The notes under the pieces: model-generated
What the model saw: the letters and a program-made list of their open reading frames with translations, nothing else
Told to the model about the DNA's origin: nothing
The model's database searches: none
Program-made: the position numbers and the translations under genes
Shown here: piece by piece, positions 27,744 through 37,122 of the stretch
How positions within the stretch are numbered: the first letter of the stretch is position 1
Layout: each line of letters opens with the position of its first letter
Origin: an uncultured bacterium
GTDB taxonomy: Bacteria > Hinthialibacterota > Hinthialibacteria > Hinthialibacterales > Hinthialibacteraceae
NCBI GenBank assembly: GCA_964449065.1
Contig: CAYVAZ010000009.1
Coordinates: 1 to 37,147 of the forward strand
DNA: 37,147 nucleotides
Direction: 5' to 3'

Positions 27744-28778
27744 TCATATCGTCAATATCGCCTTCACCACACCATCGCTTCGGTTCGATGCCATGATAAA
27801 CGCATCGTTAATGTTCTCGAGCGGAAACTGATGCGTGACCAATGGTGCAATATCGATGGCTTTCGATTCCACCAGCTTGATCGCTTCGGGGTAGTTTTTG
27901 GGTAGCGATCTGCGCACAAATATCACTTCTGCTTCCTGCCGTCTGATCGCGTTAAAGTCCAACGGCATTTTGCCTTCCGCATAGATGCCAAAGAGATGCA
28001 CCCGTCCGCCCGGTGCAACCAAATCGAAGGATTGTTGAAACGATTCGGGCTCTCCCGCGGCTTCAAAAATAAGTTCCACTCCATGCGGACAAAGCGTTTG
28101 TAAATGTGCATCAATCTCTTCTGTATCGTTTGGATCAAAAACGTTGGGGCATCCCAATTCTTTCACTTTTTCGCGGCGCGCAGCGACCGGTTCGGTTACC
28201 AAAACCACATCCGCGCCATGATGCTGTAACAAGAGGAGTACCAGCATCCCAACCGACCCCGCTCCTATGAGAGCGCACTGTTTGCCGCGTACATTGGGGG
28301 ATAATTCCAGCCCATGTACGGCGACCGCTAAGGTTTCGATAACGGGAACCTGTTCATCGGGGATGGAATCGGGTATCGGAAATATGCATTCAAGCGGCAT
28401 AGGGATAAACTCAGCATAAGCGCCTTTGTAAGGCGGAAATCCGGTGAATTTTACTTTGGGGCAAATGTTGCTGCGTCCCATCTTGCAGTATTTGCATTCA
28501 CCGCAAGGAACAGCCGGGTCCACGGCCACTCTTGTGCCTTTTGGTGGAGAATCCGGCAAGCCGTTGGTATCCGCGATGACGCCGCCGAATTCGTGTCCCA
28601 TGCGGAAGGGTTCTTGCAGGGTAACGCTGCCGATTTTACCATGAAGATAAAAGTGCAGGTCAGAACCGCATACCCCCGCGCGGTTCACTTGCACGAGCAC
28701 TTCATTCTCTTGCAATGAAGGCACTTCACTATCGCTGAGTTCAAAGGTTTTCGGTTGGGTCAAAATGGCCGATTTCAT
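27744..28778 (-). CDS. Zn-dependent medium-chain dehydrogenase (sorbitol/threonine dehydrogenase-like)
   Basis: GVCGSDLH, GHEFGG, CGECKYC...NIC, GAGSVG. Confidence 0.92.
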   Translation of the reverse strand: MKSAILTQPKTFELSDSEVPSLQENEVLVQVNRAGVCGSDLHFYLHGKIGSVTLQEPFRMGHEFGGVIADTNGLPDSPPKGTRVAVDPAVPCGECKYCKMGRSNICPKVKFTGFPPYKGAYAEFIPMPLECIFPIPDSIPDEQVPVIETLAVAVHGLELSPNVRGKQCALIGAGSVGMLVLLLLQHHGADVVLVTEPVAARREKVKELGCPNVFDPNDTEEIDAHLQTLCPHGVELIFEAAGEPESFQQSFDLVAPGGRVHLFGIYAEGKMPLDFNAIRRQEAEVIFVRRSLPKNYPEAIKLVESKAIDIAPLVTHQFPLENINDAFIMASNRSDGVVKAILTI

Positions 28779-28855
28779 TGTAGCCGCTCTCTCTTGCCGG
28801 AATTTAACTTATAGTACAATGCCATTGAATTCGATTTCGAGTAAAGGATATGTTT

Positions 28856-29713
28856 ATGAACCATTTTATGCACCAATTGCAAGCAAGAGAAGCGCAAGTA
28901 CGCAGTGTAATGTGCATCGGGCTGGATACCGTACCGGAACGTCTCCCGGAAATTGTGATGAAAGAACCGGACCCGCAGTATTCGTTTAATAAAGCCATTA
29001 TCGATGCGACCCATGATTTGGTTTGCTGCTACAAACCCAACTTGGCGTTTTATTTGTCTCGGGGTGAAGAAGGAATGGCTGCACTGCGGGAAACCATTGA
29101 GTATGTTCATGAAAAAGAGATTCCTGTGATTGTGGATGCCAAATTTGGAGATATCGGTCATACGGCGAAGTATTATGCCAAGTCCGTATTTGAAAAGTTG
29201 CAGGCGGATGCGGTGACGTTGAATCCGTATATGGGTGAAGAATCGATCGAGCCGTTTCGCGCGTATAAAGATAAAACCTCGTTTATCTTGTGTTTTACCT
29301 CCAATGCTTCTCGAAACGACTTGCAAACAAAATTCTTACATGATACCGAAGAAAACGGGAAAACGGTATACAACCTGATGGCAAAGCATATTGTGGACTG
29401 GAACAAACAGGGCAATTTGGGAGCGGTAGTCGGTGCCACCGCCCCGGAAGAAATGCAGATTATTCGCGGGATGCTGGGAGGAGAGATTCCGGTGCTTTGT
29501 CCCGGTTTGGGGGCGCAGGGCGGCGATTTGGAAGAAATATTTTGGGCGGGTTATATCACTCCGGGCAGTTTGATCTTGAATGTATCGCGCTCTGTTTTGT
29601 TTGCATCAACTGGTGAAGATTTTGCTGAGGCCGCGAGACGGGAAGCGGAAATGCTGGTCAATCAAAACCGGGTTGTGATGGAACAATATGAAGAAGATAA
29701 ACGGGGCGCGTGA
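28856..29713 (+). CDS. pyrF: Orotidine 5'-phosphate decarboxylase
   Basis: CIGLD, YKPNLAFY, DAKFGDIGHT, NPYMG, GAVVGAT, PGLGAQGG, VSRS. Confidence 0.95.
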   Translation: MNHFMHQLQAREAQVRSVMCIGLDTVPERLPEIVMKEPDPQYSFNKAIIDATHDLVCCYKPNLAFYLSRGEEGMAALRETIEYVHEKEIPVIVDAKFGDIGHTAKYYAKSVFEKLQADAVTLNPYMGEESIEPFRAYKDKTSFILCFTSNASRNDLQTKFLHDTEENGKTVYNLMAKHIVDWNKQGNLGAVVGATAPEEMQIIRGMLGGEIPVLCPGLGAQGGDLEEIFWAGYITPGSLILNVSRSVLFASTGEDFAEAARREAEMLVNQNRVVMEQYEEDKRGA

Positions 29714-29728
29714 GCCGTAATTCCCGGA

Positions 29729-31132
29729 TTAATCGGCGGGTTGAATTGATTGTTCTTTTTCCGCTAAATATTCGATAGTCGGAACCATTCCTAAGAGAAA
29801 CCAGAACATAATCGCTATCTTGTCAGACGGGCCGAGATTGTTCAAAAAGGCATGAAATAGATACGTAATCATCGCGCCTTGCATGGCGATTAGGAACACC
29901 TTTAAAAATTCCGACTGTACCCGATGCTGCAGTATGATGCAGTGCTTGAAGAACACGAAGATTAAAAAGAGAAACACCATCAAGCCGATGATCCCGGTTT
30001 CGGCGAAGATTTCGAGATACAAATTATGCGCTCCCATGCGTATGCCTGAAGAGAACGCATCTTCCAAGACACGATAGTAGGGATACACATCCGGATAAGC
30101 CCCCCACCCCACGCCGTAAATAAAATGATCCATTGCCATGCGCCAAGCCGCAAACCACCGGTCCAGGCGGTCATAGTTTGCCACGTAATCGGTATCGCCG
30201 ATGGTTTGAATGCGCTGCAAAAACATATTGCCAAGATCGGTAATCGACAGCACGACCGTTGCCGTGATGAAAAAGGCCATTAGAACGATACTCATATCCA
30301 CCGCTGAGCGTTTGTGCTTAAACTGAAATAAATAATAAGCCAAAAGCAAGGCCACACTGATCCAAGCGGCGCGGACGAAGGTTAAGGTAATGGCCAACGC
30401 GATCATCAAACCGGCCAGGCTGAGTAGCAGATGAGTTCTTCCCGGTTTTTGGTTGAGTTGATACGCCAGAATAAAGGCAAGTGAAATCGTTATGAATGCC
30501 GCATAAATACAGTGTTCGATAAAAAAGGGGGCGGCGAGTTTATCGTAAATTCGAATGCCGTTCATCAACTGGGTAATAAAACCGTAACAGACAATCAGAG
30601 TATGCGTAATGATGCCTGCGACACAAACCTGCTTCAACTGTTTTTCACTTTGAATGCATAATGGAATCAAATAGTAGCCGGTGAAAATATATCCCGCGTC
30701 ACGGATGATTGCCTTTACCGTGCTCTCGGTTTCCCAAGTAAAAAAGAGACTAATCACCATAATCATATACATCATTAATACGCATAGATTCATGATCGAC
30801 CAGCGGATCTTGATGGTGCCGAATAGAACCGTACGAATGACAAACGCGACGGCAATTAATAAAATAAGCGGCTCGGTTGGGACGGTAAGGCGGGTGTCTC
30901 CGGTAATATGCATTTCTACGGAGAAAGGCAATACAACAATCAGAACCAACGGGATATATTGATACCACGTCACAAAAGCCACTACGGTGATGATGCTGCC
31001 AAGAAAGGCCAGCAGCAACATCGGAGATTGCAACAGTAGAATGATGGAAGCCAATAAAATGGTTCCAATAAGACCTGCTAGGTACTCTCCATAGCGGATC
31101 GTATTTGAAGGTTGGACAGTGCGTATTTCCAT
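29729..31132 (-). CDS. O-antigen ligase family membrane protein
   Basis: Multi-TM with TFVRAAW, R...W..A..M......GVGWG.Y and AHNLYLEIFAETGIIG. Start placed at ATG 31132 from the promoter position. Confidence 0.88.
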   Translation of the reverse strand: MEIRTVQPSNTIRYGEYLAGLIGTILLASIILLLQSPMLLLAFLGSIITVVAFVTWYQYIPLVLIVVLPFSVEMHITGDTRLTVPTEPLILLIAVAFVIRTVLFGTIKIRWSIMNLCVLMMYMIMVISLFFTWETESTVKAIIRDAGYIFTGYYLIPLCIQSEKQLKQVCVAGIITHTLIVCYGFITQLMNGIRIYDKLAAPFFIEHCIYAAFITISLAFILAYQLNQKPGRTHLLLSLAGLMIALAITLTFVRAAWISVALLLAYYLFQFKHKRSAVDMSIVLMAFFITATVVLSITDLGNMFLQRIQTIGDTDYVANYDRLDRWFAAWRMAMDHFIYGVGWGAYPDVYPYYRVLEDAFSSGIRMGAHNLYLEIFAETGIIGLMVFLFLIFVFFKHCIILQHRVQSEFLKVFLIAMQGAMITYLFHAFLNNLGPSDKIAIMFWFLLGMVPTIEYLAEKEQSIQPAD

Positions 31133-31139
31133 TTTGTGA

Positions 31140-31168
31140 ACCATAGTTGAGAGAGGATATTTTGTCAA
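31140..31168 (-). promoter_or_regulatory. Sigma70 promoter of the O-antigen ligase gene
   Basis: Minus strand reads TTGACA-17 nt-TATGGT, with an in-frame ATG 7 nt downstream. Confidence 0.55.
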
Positions 31169-31206
31169 GAAAATCGAGAGAAAAACATTGGGAATGTGAG
31201 TTCAAC

Positions 31207-31235
31207 TTGACATTGACTGCCACTAAACCTACATT
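31207..31235 (+). promoter_or_regulatory. Sigma70 promoter of the sigma factor-apt unit
   Basis: TTGACA-17 nt-TACATT. Confidence 0.65.
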
Positions 31236-31276
31236 GCATAAAATATCACTCCTATCCAGGAAACGATTCAAATTTC

Positions 31277-32137
31277 ATGGCATTGATAGAAGATCACGGC
31301 GATAGCCATCTTATTGGTTTATATCTCAAAGAAGTCGGCAAGTACCCTTTACTCAACGCTAAAGAAGAAGTGGAGTTAGCGATGAAGATGAAAGAAGGCG
31401 ACGCCGATGCCCGCAGCCGTTTGATTTTATGCAACTTGCGGTTGGTCGTGAATGTCGCGAAACGTTACCAAAACCAAGGTGTTGGCTTAATGGATTTGAT
31501 TGAAGAAGGAAATTTGGGGCTCATTAAAGGGGTGGAGCGGTATGATCCGACCCGTAATTTTCGCTTTAGTACCTATGCGACCTGGTGGATACGGCAACTA
31601 ATCAATCGGGCGGTGTCGAATCAGGGATCAATTGTCAGACTGCCCTCCCATAAGCATGAGTATCTCGTTCGGGCACGGCAGCGGTTCCGCGAGATGGCAA
31701 AGGAATTGGGGCATGAGCCTACTCCATGGGAAATGATTGAAGAATTGGAAAAAACCCTCAAACCGGACGATGCACAGCAAATTGTCGATTTGCTGTTTGA
31801 GCCTGCCTATATCCAACCGTTGGTTGGCGAAGATGACAATCAAGACCATGACATACGGTTTGAGGATACGATCTCTCCCCGGCCGGATTTTGAGATTTCA
31901 TTGTTGTCCCGGGATAAACGGATTTTTCAGTTCTTGGAACGGTTAGGAGAACGGGAACAAGTGATTATCAAAAAGCGGTTTGGATTGGAAGCGGATGAGC
32001 CTGCATCCTTAAAGGACATTGCGGATGAATTAGGCCTAACGCGGGAGCGGGTTCGGCAATTGCAGCATGAGGCGTTGCAAGCGATAAAAGAAATGATTGA
32101 ACAGCAAGGCGAGCAATTTGATTTGTTGGATGCTTAA
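31277..32137 (+). CDS. RNA polymerase sigma factor, RpoD/RpoS-like lacking region 1.1
   Basis: YLKEVG.YPLL...EE..LA, NLRLVV.VAKRY, DLIEEGNLGL, FSTYATWWIRQ, LTRERVRQL. Confidence 0.92.
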   Translation: MALIEDHGDSHLIGLYLKEVGKYPLLNAKEEVELAMKMKEGDADARSRLILCNLRLVVNVAKRYQNQGVGLMDLIEEGNLGLIKGVERYDPTRNFRFSTYATWWIRQLINRAVSNQGSIVRLPSHKHEYLVRARQRFREMAKELGHEPTPWEMIEELEKTLKPDDAQQIVDLLFEPAYIQPLVGEDDNQDHDIRFEDTISPRPDFEISLLSRDKRIFQFLERLGEREQVIIKKRFGLEADEPASLKDIADELGLTRERVRQLQHEALQAIKEMIEQQGEQFDLLDA

Positions 32138-32159
32138 CGAATTGGATAAGGAGTGAAGA

Positions 32160-32681
32160 ATGGATTTAAAATCGGTATTACGACAGGTGCCGGACTTTCC
32201 CAAAGCGGGGATCAACTTTATCGACATCACGACGCTGTTGATGAAAGCGGATGCCTTGAAGTATGCATTGGATGAAATGGCCAAGCCCTATGAAAAGCAA
32301 ACAATCGATAAAGTAATCGGTATAGAGTCGAGGGGATTCATGTTTGGTGTGCCTCTGGCAGAACGCTTTCATGCTGGATTTGTGCCGGTGCGGAAGCCGA
32401 AAAAACTACCGTCTGCCACGTTTTCGCAATCGTACGAGTTAGAATACGGCACGGATACAATCGAAATTCACAAAGATGCCATTCAAAGCGGGGAACGAAT
32501 CATTATAGTGGATGATTTGCTGGCGACTGGCGGCACTGCGGAAGCTACAATTAAGCTGCTGAATAATTTTCAATGCGAAATCGCCGGACTTTCATTCGTG
32601 ATTGAGTTGGCGTTTTTGAAAGGGCAACAGAAGTTAGGTTCCTATCCAGTCTATTCTCTGGTTACGTATGATAACGAATAA
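32160..32681 (+). CDS. apt: Adenine phosphoribosyltransferase
   Basis: PDFPK.GI.F.DIT, ESRGF, RKPKKLP, YELEYG, VDDLLATGGT. Confidence 0.98.
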   Translation: MDLKSVLRQVPDFPKAGINFIDITTLLMKADALKYALDEMAKPYEKQTIDKVIGIESRGFMFGVPLAERFHAGFVPVRKPKKLPSATFSQSYELEYGTDTIEIHKDAIQSGERIIIVDDLLATGGTAEATIKLLNNFQCEIAGLSFVIELAFLKGQQKLGSYPVYSLVTYDNE

Positions 32682-32689
32682 CGAATAAT

Positions 32690-32799
32690 CTAGTACAGTG
32701 TCAACGATTTATTGACGGGTATCGATCCCCCCTAGCCCCCCTTAACAAGGGGGGAACAACGGAAATCCAGCCGTCATTTATAGATTGACACAATACTAG
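32690..32799. mobile_element. Element A, second copy (inverted)
   Basis: ctag-tacagtgtcaa ... cccccctagccccccttaacaagggggg ... ttgacacaata-ctag. Confidence 0.8.
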
Positions 32800-32818
32800 A
32801 GGCAGCGGCTGCCTAAGA

Positions 32819-32880
32819 CCAGTAGTCTGACAGAGTCTTAATGTCGGGTCGAATTGGGAGGGCGAGGCTCCCGCCGAGCC
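32819..32880 (+). repeat. Element B, partial copy
   Basis: ccag-tagtctgac...gggagggcgaggctcccgccgagcc; no second terminal repeat visible. Confidence 0.85.
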
Positions 32881-32942
32881 GGAAAGTTCAGTTCATTATA
32901 ATCAAATCGAATTATTAAAAATTCCGATATACTTGAATCGTG

Positions 32943-32970
32943 GTAGGGGCACGTTGCAACGTGCCCCTAC
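32943..32970. repeat. GTAG-family REP, perfect 28-bp palindrome
   Basis: gtaggggcacgttgcaacgtgcccctac equals its own reverse complement. Confidence 0.8.
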
Positions 32971-33001
32971 TATTCGAAATCCCATTTTTGAATGATAGTG
33001 T

Positions 33002-34729
33002 TTAATGAATCGACCATTCGCGAACATACGAAGTTGGATCACCAAATACCTCCTCTCCAACTTGTAACGATACATCCGAAAATACAGCGGCACTGATTTC
33101 TCCTACCGAGTGAGATGTAATTGCCAATCCGATATAGTATTGGGTTTCGTCTTCCAAACTGCCTAAATATTCCACATCGATAAGCGCGTGAACTTCTCTT
33201 TGTCTTCCGGTCAAGGCATCGTAATAGTAGAAAATGGTTTCATTGGTCACGGGATTGCGCTCCACCTCGACGGTTCCGTTTTGTTCACCATATCCTGTCC
33301 CACCAAGAATGGTTCTGCCGCCGCCGGCCGTTGCTCCGTTCCCACCGAAAACGGGGCGCCATTGCGGCACAAAATCACGCCCCCCTGAGCGGATCAATGA
33401 GAAAACGTGAGAAGCCGAAGCATCCAGGTCATCGCGAATCATCGGCCCGGCTTTGGCCCAGGTTTGTTCCCCATTCATCGGGTCCAACTTAACGGTCGCT
33501 TTCAATCGAACCGGGACATCCATGGGCACTTTTTTGTAGAGGTAATGAAAGTTATCCGCTTGGTTCCAAATGTCGTTCCCGCTGCCAACCACGGTGTAGG
33601 TTTCGGTTTCAGGATTGTAAACGGCTGCTCCATTGGCGCCTAAATTATCCCGGCCGGAAAAGTCGATGATATCCATGCTGTTGTCAAAGATTCCAAACCC
33701 ACCCCCTGCGGGCAAGACGAAGATGCTTCTTCTGCCGCTGGCTTGAAAGAATTCGATGCCGTTGGTGACGCCGCCTTGTAAAGATAGACGACCTCCTTCT
33801 TTGCCAACGGTTGCCTCATACGAGAGGGTGATATTGCCACCGGATGCGTCGGGAATATTCCAAGTAATGATGTTTTCGGATGCGCTTGCCGTTCCCCGAA
33901 TGGCATCAAAGTTTCCGGCTGTCCATCCTTCCGGAAGGGTTTCGGTAACGGTCAGGTCTTCGGTTTTACCCGGTTCTACATCTACGGTGAGAGAGATCGG
34001 CATAGTCTCACCGGAATGGATGATTTTTTGCCCGCCAAAATCACGTGAGACGGATGCACCGACGCCCTGAACCGGTTCAATAGATAGGCTCGAAAAGAAC
34101 GCCCGCTCCAGTTTTTCAACATCGTGTGAGGTGACGGCCAAGCCAACATAGGCCTCGGTTGGGAAGTTGGGGACTTTTCGAGCGCCAATAGGCACGGTAG
34201 AGCCGTCTTCCAATATACGGTACATCGTAAACACATCACCAGTACGCAGCAGTTGAATCCTATCGGTTTCTTGCCCTTTTTTGGCAATGGTTTCCATCCC
34301 CACGGATCGCTCGCCCGAAGCGAGCCGGGCTTGCAATTCCGCCCCCAAATCTCTGCGCAATAAAGCGAAAACGTATGAACTGCTTGGGTCTTCAGGTTCC
34401 GCGCGAAACATAATGCCCATTTTTTTCCAAAAATTGCTGTTGGTGTTGCCGGGGATTTCTTGTGGCCCCCATTCCATTGAGACGGTGACACGGAAATTCC
34501 CGGAAATTTCTTTATACACCCAATACATGCCGTCAGCGGTGTTCCAAATATCATCGCCGGAACCGAGAACTTCATACGTTCCTGTAGATGAAACGAAATT
34601 GGCCTCTCCCAAACCGGCGTCGGTGCCTAAGCTGGCTTCATGAGTGAAATCACCGAGTTGCGCGAACGCAGGTAAAGAAATTAGACTTACGGCTGCTATC
34701 AAAATAAGTGAAATATGACTTTTTTTCAT
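33002..34729 (-). CDS. Secreted protein with two ConA/DUF1349-like beta-sandwich repeats around an Ig/DUF11-like domain (paralogue 2)
   Basis: Signal peptide ending AFA|Q; GSGDDIWNTADG and GSGNDIWNQADNFH repeats; VTETLPEGW..ITWNI..TLSY. Start moved to ATG 34729 behind GGAGGG. Confidence 0.75.
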   Translation of the reverse strand: MKKSHISLILIAAVSLISLPAFAQLGDFTHEASLGTDAGLGEANFVSSTGTYEVLGSGDDIWNTADGMYWVYKEISGNFRVTVSMEWGPQEIPGNTNSNFWKKMGIMFRAEPEDPSSSYVFALLRRDLGAELQARLASGERSVGMETIAKKGQETDRIQLLRTGDVFTMYRILEDGSTVPIGARKVPNFPTEAYVGLAVTSHDVEKLERAFFSSLSIEPVQGVGASVSRDFGGQKIIHSGETMPISLTVDVEPGKTEDLTVTETLPEGWTAGNFDAIRGTASASENIITWNIPDASGGNITLSYEATVGKEGGRLSLQGGVTNGIEFFQASGRRSIFVLPAGGGFGIFDNSMDIIDFSGRDNLGANGAAVYNPETETYTVVGSGNDIWNQADNFHYLYKKVPMDVPVRLKATVKLDPMNGEQTWAKAGPMIRDDLDASASHVFSLIRSGGRDFVPQWRPVFGGNGATAGGGRTILGGTGYGEQNGTVEVERNPVTNETIFYYYDALTGRQREVHALIDVEYLGSLEDETQYYIGLAITSHSVGEISAAVFSDVSLQVGEEVFGDPTSYVREWSIH

Positions 34730-34823
34730 GGGATATCCCTCCCAGACAGTATTATTGATTACTTGGGTAAATATAACAATTTTGAGAGAGAGTATCAGAT
34801 ATTTTTTGAAGATGTAAAGAAAT

Positions 34824-34849
34824 AAGGCGGTGAGTTGCCCCACCGCCTT
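34824..34849 (-). terminator. Intrinsic terminator-like hairpin between the two paralogues
   Basis: Minus strand AAGGCGGTGGG-GCAA-CTCACCGCCTT followed by ATTTCTTT. There is also a T-run on the plus side. Confidence 0.75.
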
Positions 34850-34878
34850 TTTTAGCATAAAAAGATCAGACTATGAAT

Positions 34879-36603
34879 TTAGTATAAAGACCATTCTACA
34901 ACATCACTGGATGGTTCTCCAAATGTTTCATCACCGATTTTTAACGTCACATCAGAAAATACAGCGGAACTGATGATACCTACAGAGTGAGATGTAACGG
35001 CTAAACCAATGAAATATTGCGAGGCATCGTCTAAACTACCCAAAAATTCGATATCGGTTCGGACCATGGATTGAACCCGTTCGCCGGTTGCGGCATCGAA
35101 ATAGTAAAAGATAGTCTCGTTGGTTTCGGGGATTCTTTCGATTTCAACCGTACCGTTTTGTTCTCCGGCACCGTCACCGCCAAAAACCAATGATGGGTCG
35201 CCATCCCAGGCACCGTTCCCGCCAAATGTAGCGCGCCATTGTGGCGCGAAATCGCGGCCGCCAGCACGAATCATGGAGAACACGTGTGAAGCGGCAGCAT
35301 CCAAATCATCACGGATCATTGGCCCGGCTTTTGCCCAGGTTTGTTCTCCGTTCATGGGATCTAGTTCAACGGTTGCTTTTAGACTAACCGGAACATCAAT
35401 CGGTACTTGGCGGAAAAGAAAGTGGAAATTATCGGCCTGGTTCCAAATATCGTTCCCACTGCCGACTATGGTGTAAGTATTGGTATCCGCGTCAAAGACA
35501 GAAGCGCCTTCCGCGCCGAGGTTATCCGGGTTGGCTGGATCCACAATATCCATGCTGCTGTCAAAAATGCCGAAACCATCCGATTCACCCAGAACAAAGA
35601 ATCCGCTATCTCCACCTGTTCCGAATGTTTCAAAGCCATTGTTCACGCCGCCACCGATATTTAATGACCCACCGGAACCGGCCACATTGGCTTCATAGTT
35701 CAATGTAATTTCGTCACCGCTTGCGCCGGGAATATCCCACGTAATTACATTGCCATCAGCCGATGCTGAACCGGCGCTGGCAACTAGATTCGATGCAGTC
35801 CAATCCGCCGGCAATGTTTCGGTTACGGTTAAATCGGCTGTTTGTCCTTCTTCAACACCGACTGTTAATGTAATAGGAATCGTGTCTCCACTTTTAACCA
35901 CTGCTACATCACCCGCATCACGGGAAACAGTCGATCCCACACCTTCTACCGCTTCGATGGAAACGTCACTGAAGAAGGCGCGTTCCAACGCATTGGTATC
36001 GTGAGCGGTGACAGCCAAACCGATAAACGCGTCTGATGGAAAATCAGGGATGGTGGTTGACCCAATGGTAACAGTCGAACCATCTTCCAAAAAACGGAAC
36101 ATGGTGAAAGTATTGCCAACACGAAGCAATTGCACCGTGTCAGTTTCTCCATCCGCCTTTCCGACCAGGGGTGTGCCAACCGCGCTTTCACCGGGTACCG
36201 GCCGGGATTGCAGAGTAGCGCCTAAATCGCTGCGCAACATAGCGTACACATAGTTGCTGCTGGCATCTTCCGCGATTCCACGCAGCATAATTCCCATTTT
36301 GCGCCAATCATTGGGGTTGTCCCCACCTGGAATCTCAGTTGGCCCCCATTCCATAGAAGCCGTTGCGCGGAAATTACCGGAAACTTCTTGATAGACCCAG
36401 TACATTCCATCGGCTGTATTCCAGATGTCATCTCCGGAAGCCAAGATTTCATACGTGCCGTCTGAAAAACTGGCTTCACCAAGACCGCCATCGGTTCCAA
36501 TACTTGCTTCACCTGTGAATACGCCCACTTGGGCGAAGGAGGGTGCCGCGAAAAACGCAGCAATTACGGACAGACTTACAGACTTGAAAAATTTGTTCAT
36601 CAT
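34879..36603 (-). CDS. Secreted protein with two ConA/DUF1349-like repeats around an Ig/DUF11-like domain (paralogue 1, acidic)
   Basis: Colinear with the neighbour over its full length. Signal peptide ending SFA|Q. GGGGAG RBS. Confidence 0.75.
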   Translation of the reverse strand: MMNKFFKSVSLSVIAAFFAAPSFAQVGVFTGEASIGTDGGLGEASFSDGTYEILASGDDIWNTADGMYWVYQEVSGNFRATASMEWGPTEIPGGDNPNDWRKMGIMLRGIAEDASSNYVYAMLRSDLGATLQSRPVPGESAVGTPLVGKADGETDTVQLLRVGNTFTMFRFLEDGSTVTIGSTTIPDFPSDAFIGLAVTAHDTNALERAFFSDVSIEAVEGVGSTVSRDAGDVAVVKSGDTIPITLTVGVEEGQTADLTVTETLPADWTASNLVASAGSASADGNVITWDIPGASGDEITLNYEANVAGSGGSLNIGGGVNNGFETFGTGGDSGFFVLGESDGFGIFDSSMDIVDPANPDNLGAEGASVFDADTNTYTIVGSGNDIWNQADNFHFLFRQVPIDVPVSLKATVELDPMNGEQTWAKAGPMIRDDLDAAASHVFSMIRAGGRDFAPQWRATFGGNGAWDGDPSLVFGGDGAGEQNGTVEIERIPETNETIFYYFDAATGERVQSMVRTDIEFLGSLDDASQYFIGLAVTSHSVGIISSAVFSDVTLKIGDETFGEPSSDVVEWSLY

Positions 36604-37017
36604 ACATTCTCCCCAGAATAAGTAATTTTGTTCTTATAGAACACCATGATAATAGGATAAACGAAATAGGTTTGTAAAGGGGGAAATTTAAAAAAATTCA
36701 CATAAAACTCATAGAATTTTGATAGGTTATGTTAATCGATTTAATACATATTAGTAATAAATAGGTTTTAAGTGCTTGTAAATTCTTGCAAAAGAAACCG
36801 TTAGTTAAAAAGTTGATTGAGTTACTAATCATTAAAATTGATGATAAAGAAACAGTAAAAAAATAATAAAATTAACTGATGTTATGCGAATGAGAATGAA
36901 TCTTTGCTTTAAAATACATTTTGAAGATAGGCAGTTTTCGTTTAATTGAACGCAATATCCATCGTCTTCTCCCTTTGGGCTACTCTCCGTACATATCTTT
37001 TTATGGTACACAATACT

Positions 37018-37114
37018 CTAGCGCGTTTCAGATTTGAATAGCCGGGTAGCATCGGCTTCCAGCCGGTATATGTATGTACACTTTGCACCTCTACGCAATC
37101 TTGAATTGATCTAG
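37018..37114. mobile_element. Element C: CTAG-bounded cassette with a GTAG REP (gtagcatcggcttccagccggt)
   Basis: ctag-cgcgtttcagatt ... aatcttgaattgat-ctag, with the REP at 37046-37067. Single copy in the window. Confidence 0.5.
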
Positions 37115-37122
37115 AGCAATTC

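Noticed and set aside
37..32970. Dispersed repeats as a CRISPR array, given the Cas4-like nuclease
   Set aside because: No regularly spaced repeat-spacer units and no cas1/cas2; the nuclease lacks the Cas4 cysteine cluster.
32902..33093. 63-aa ORF containing VGARCNVPL
   Set aside because: That peptide is just the translated GTAG REP palindrome.
34730..34858. N-terminal extension of the 618-aa ORF
   Set aside because: It crosses the terminator hairpin; the signal peptide and RBS point to ATG 34729.
36604..37017. Long AT-rich region as a replication origin or ncRNA
   Set aside because: No DnaA-box cluster or convincing structure seen; most simply the promoter region of the secreted paralogues.
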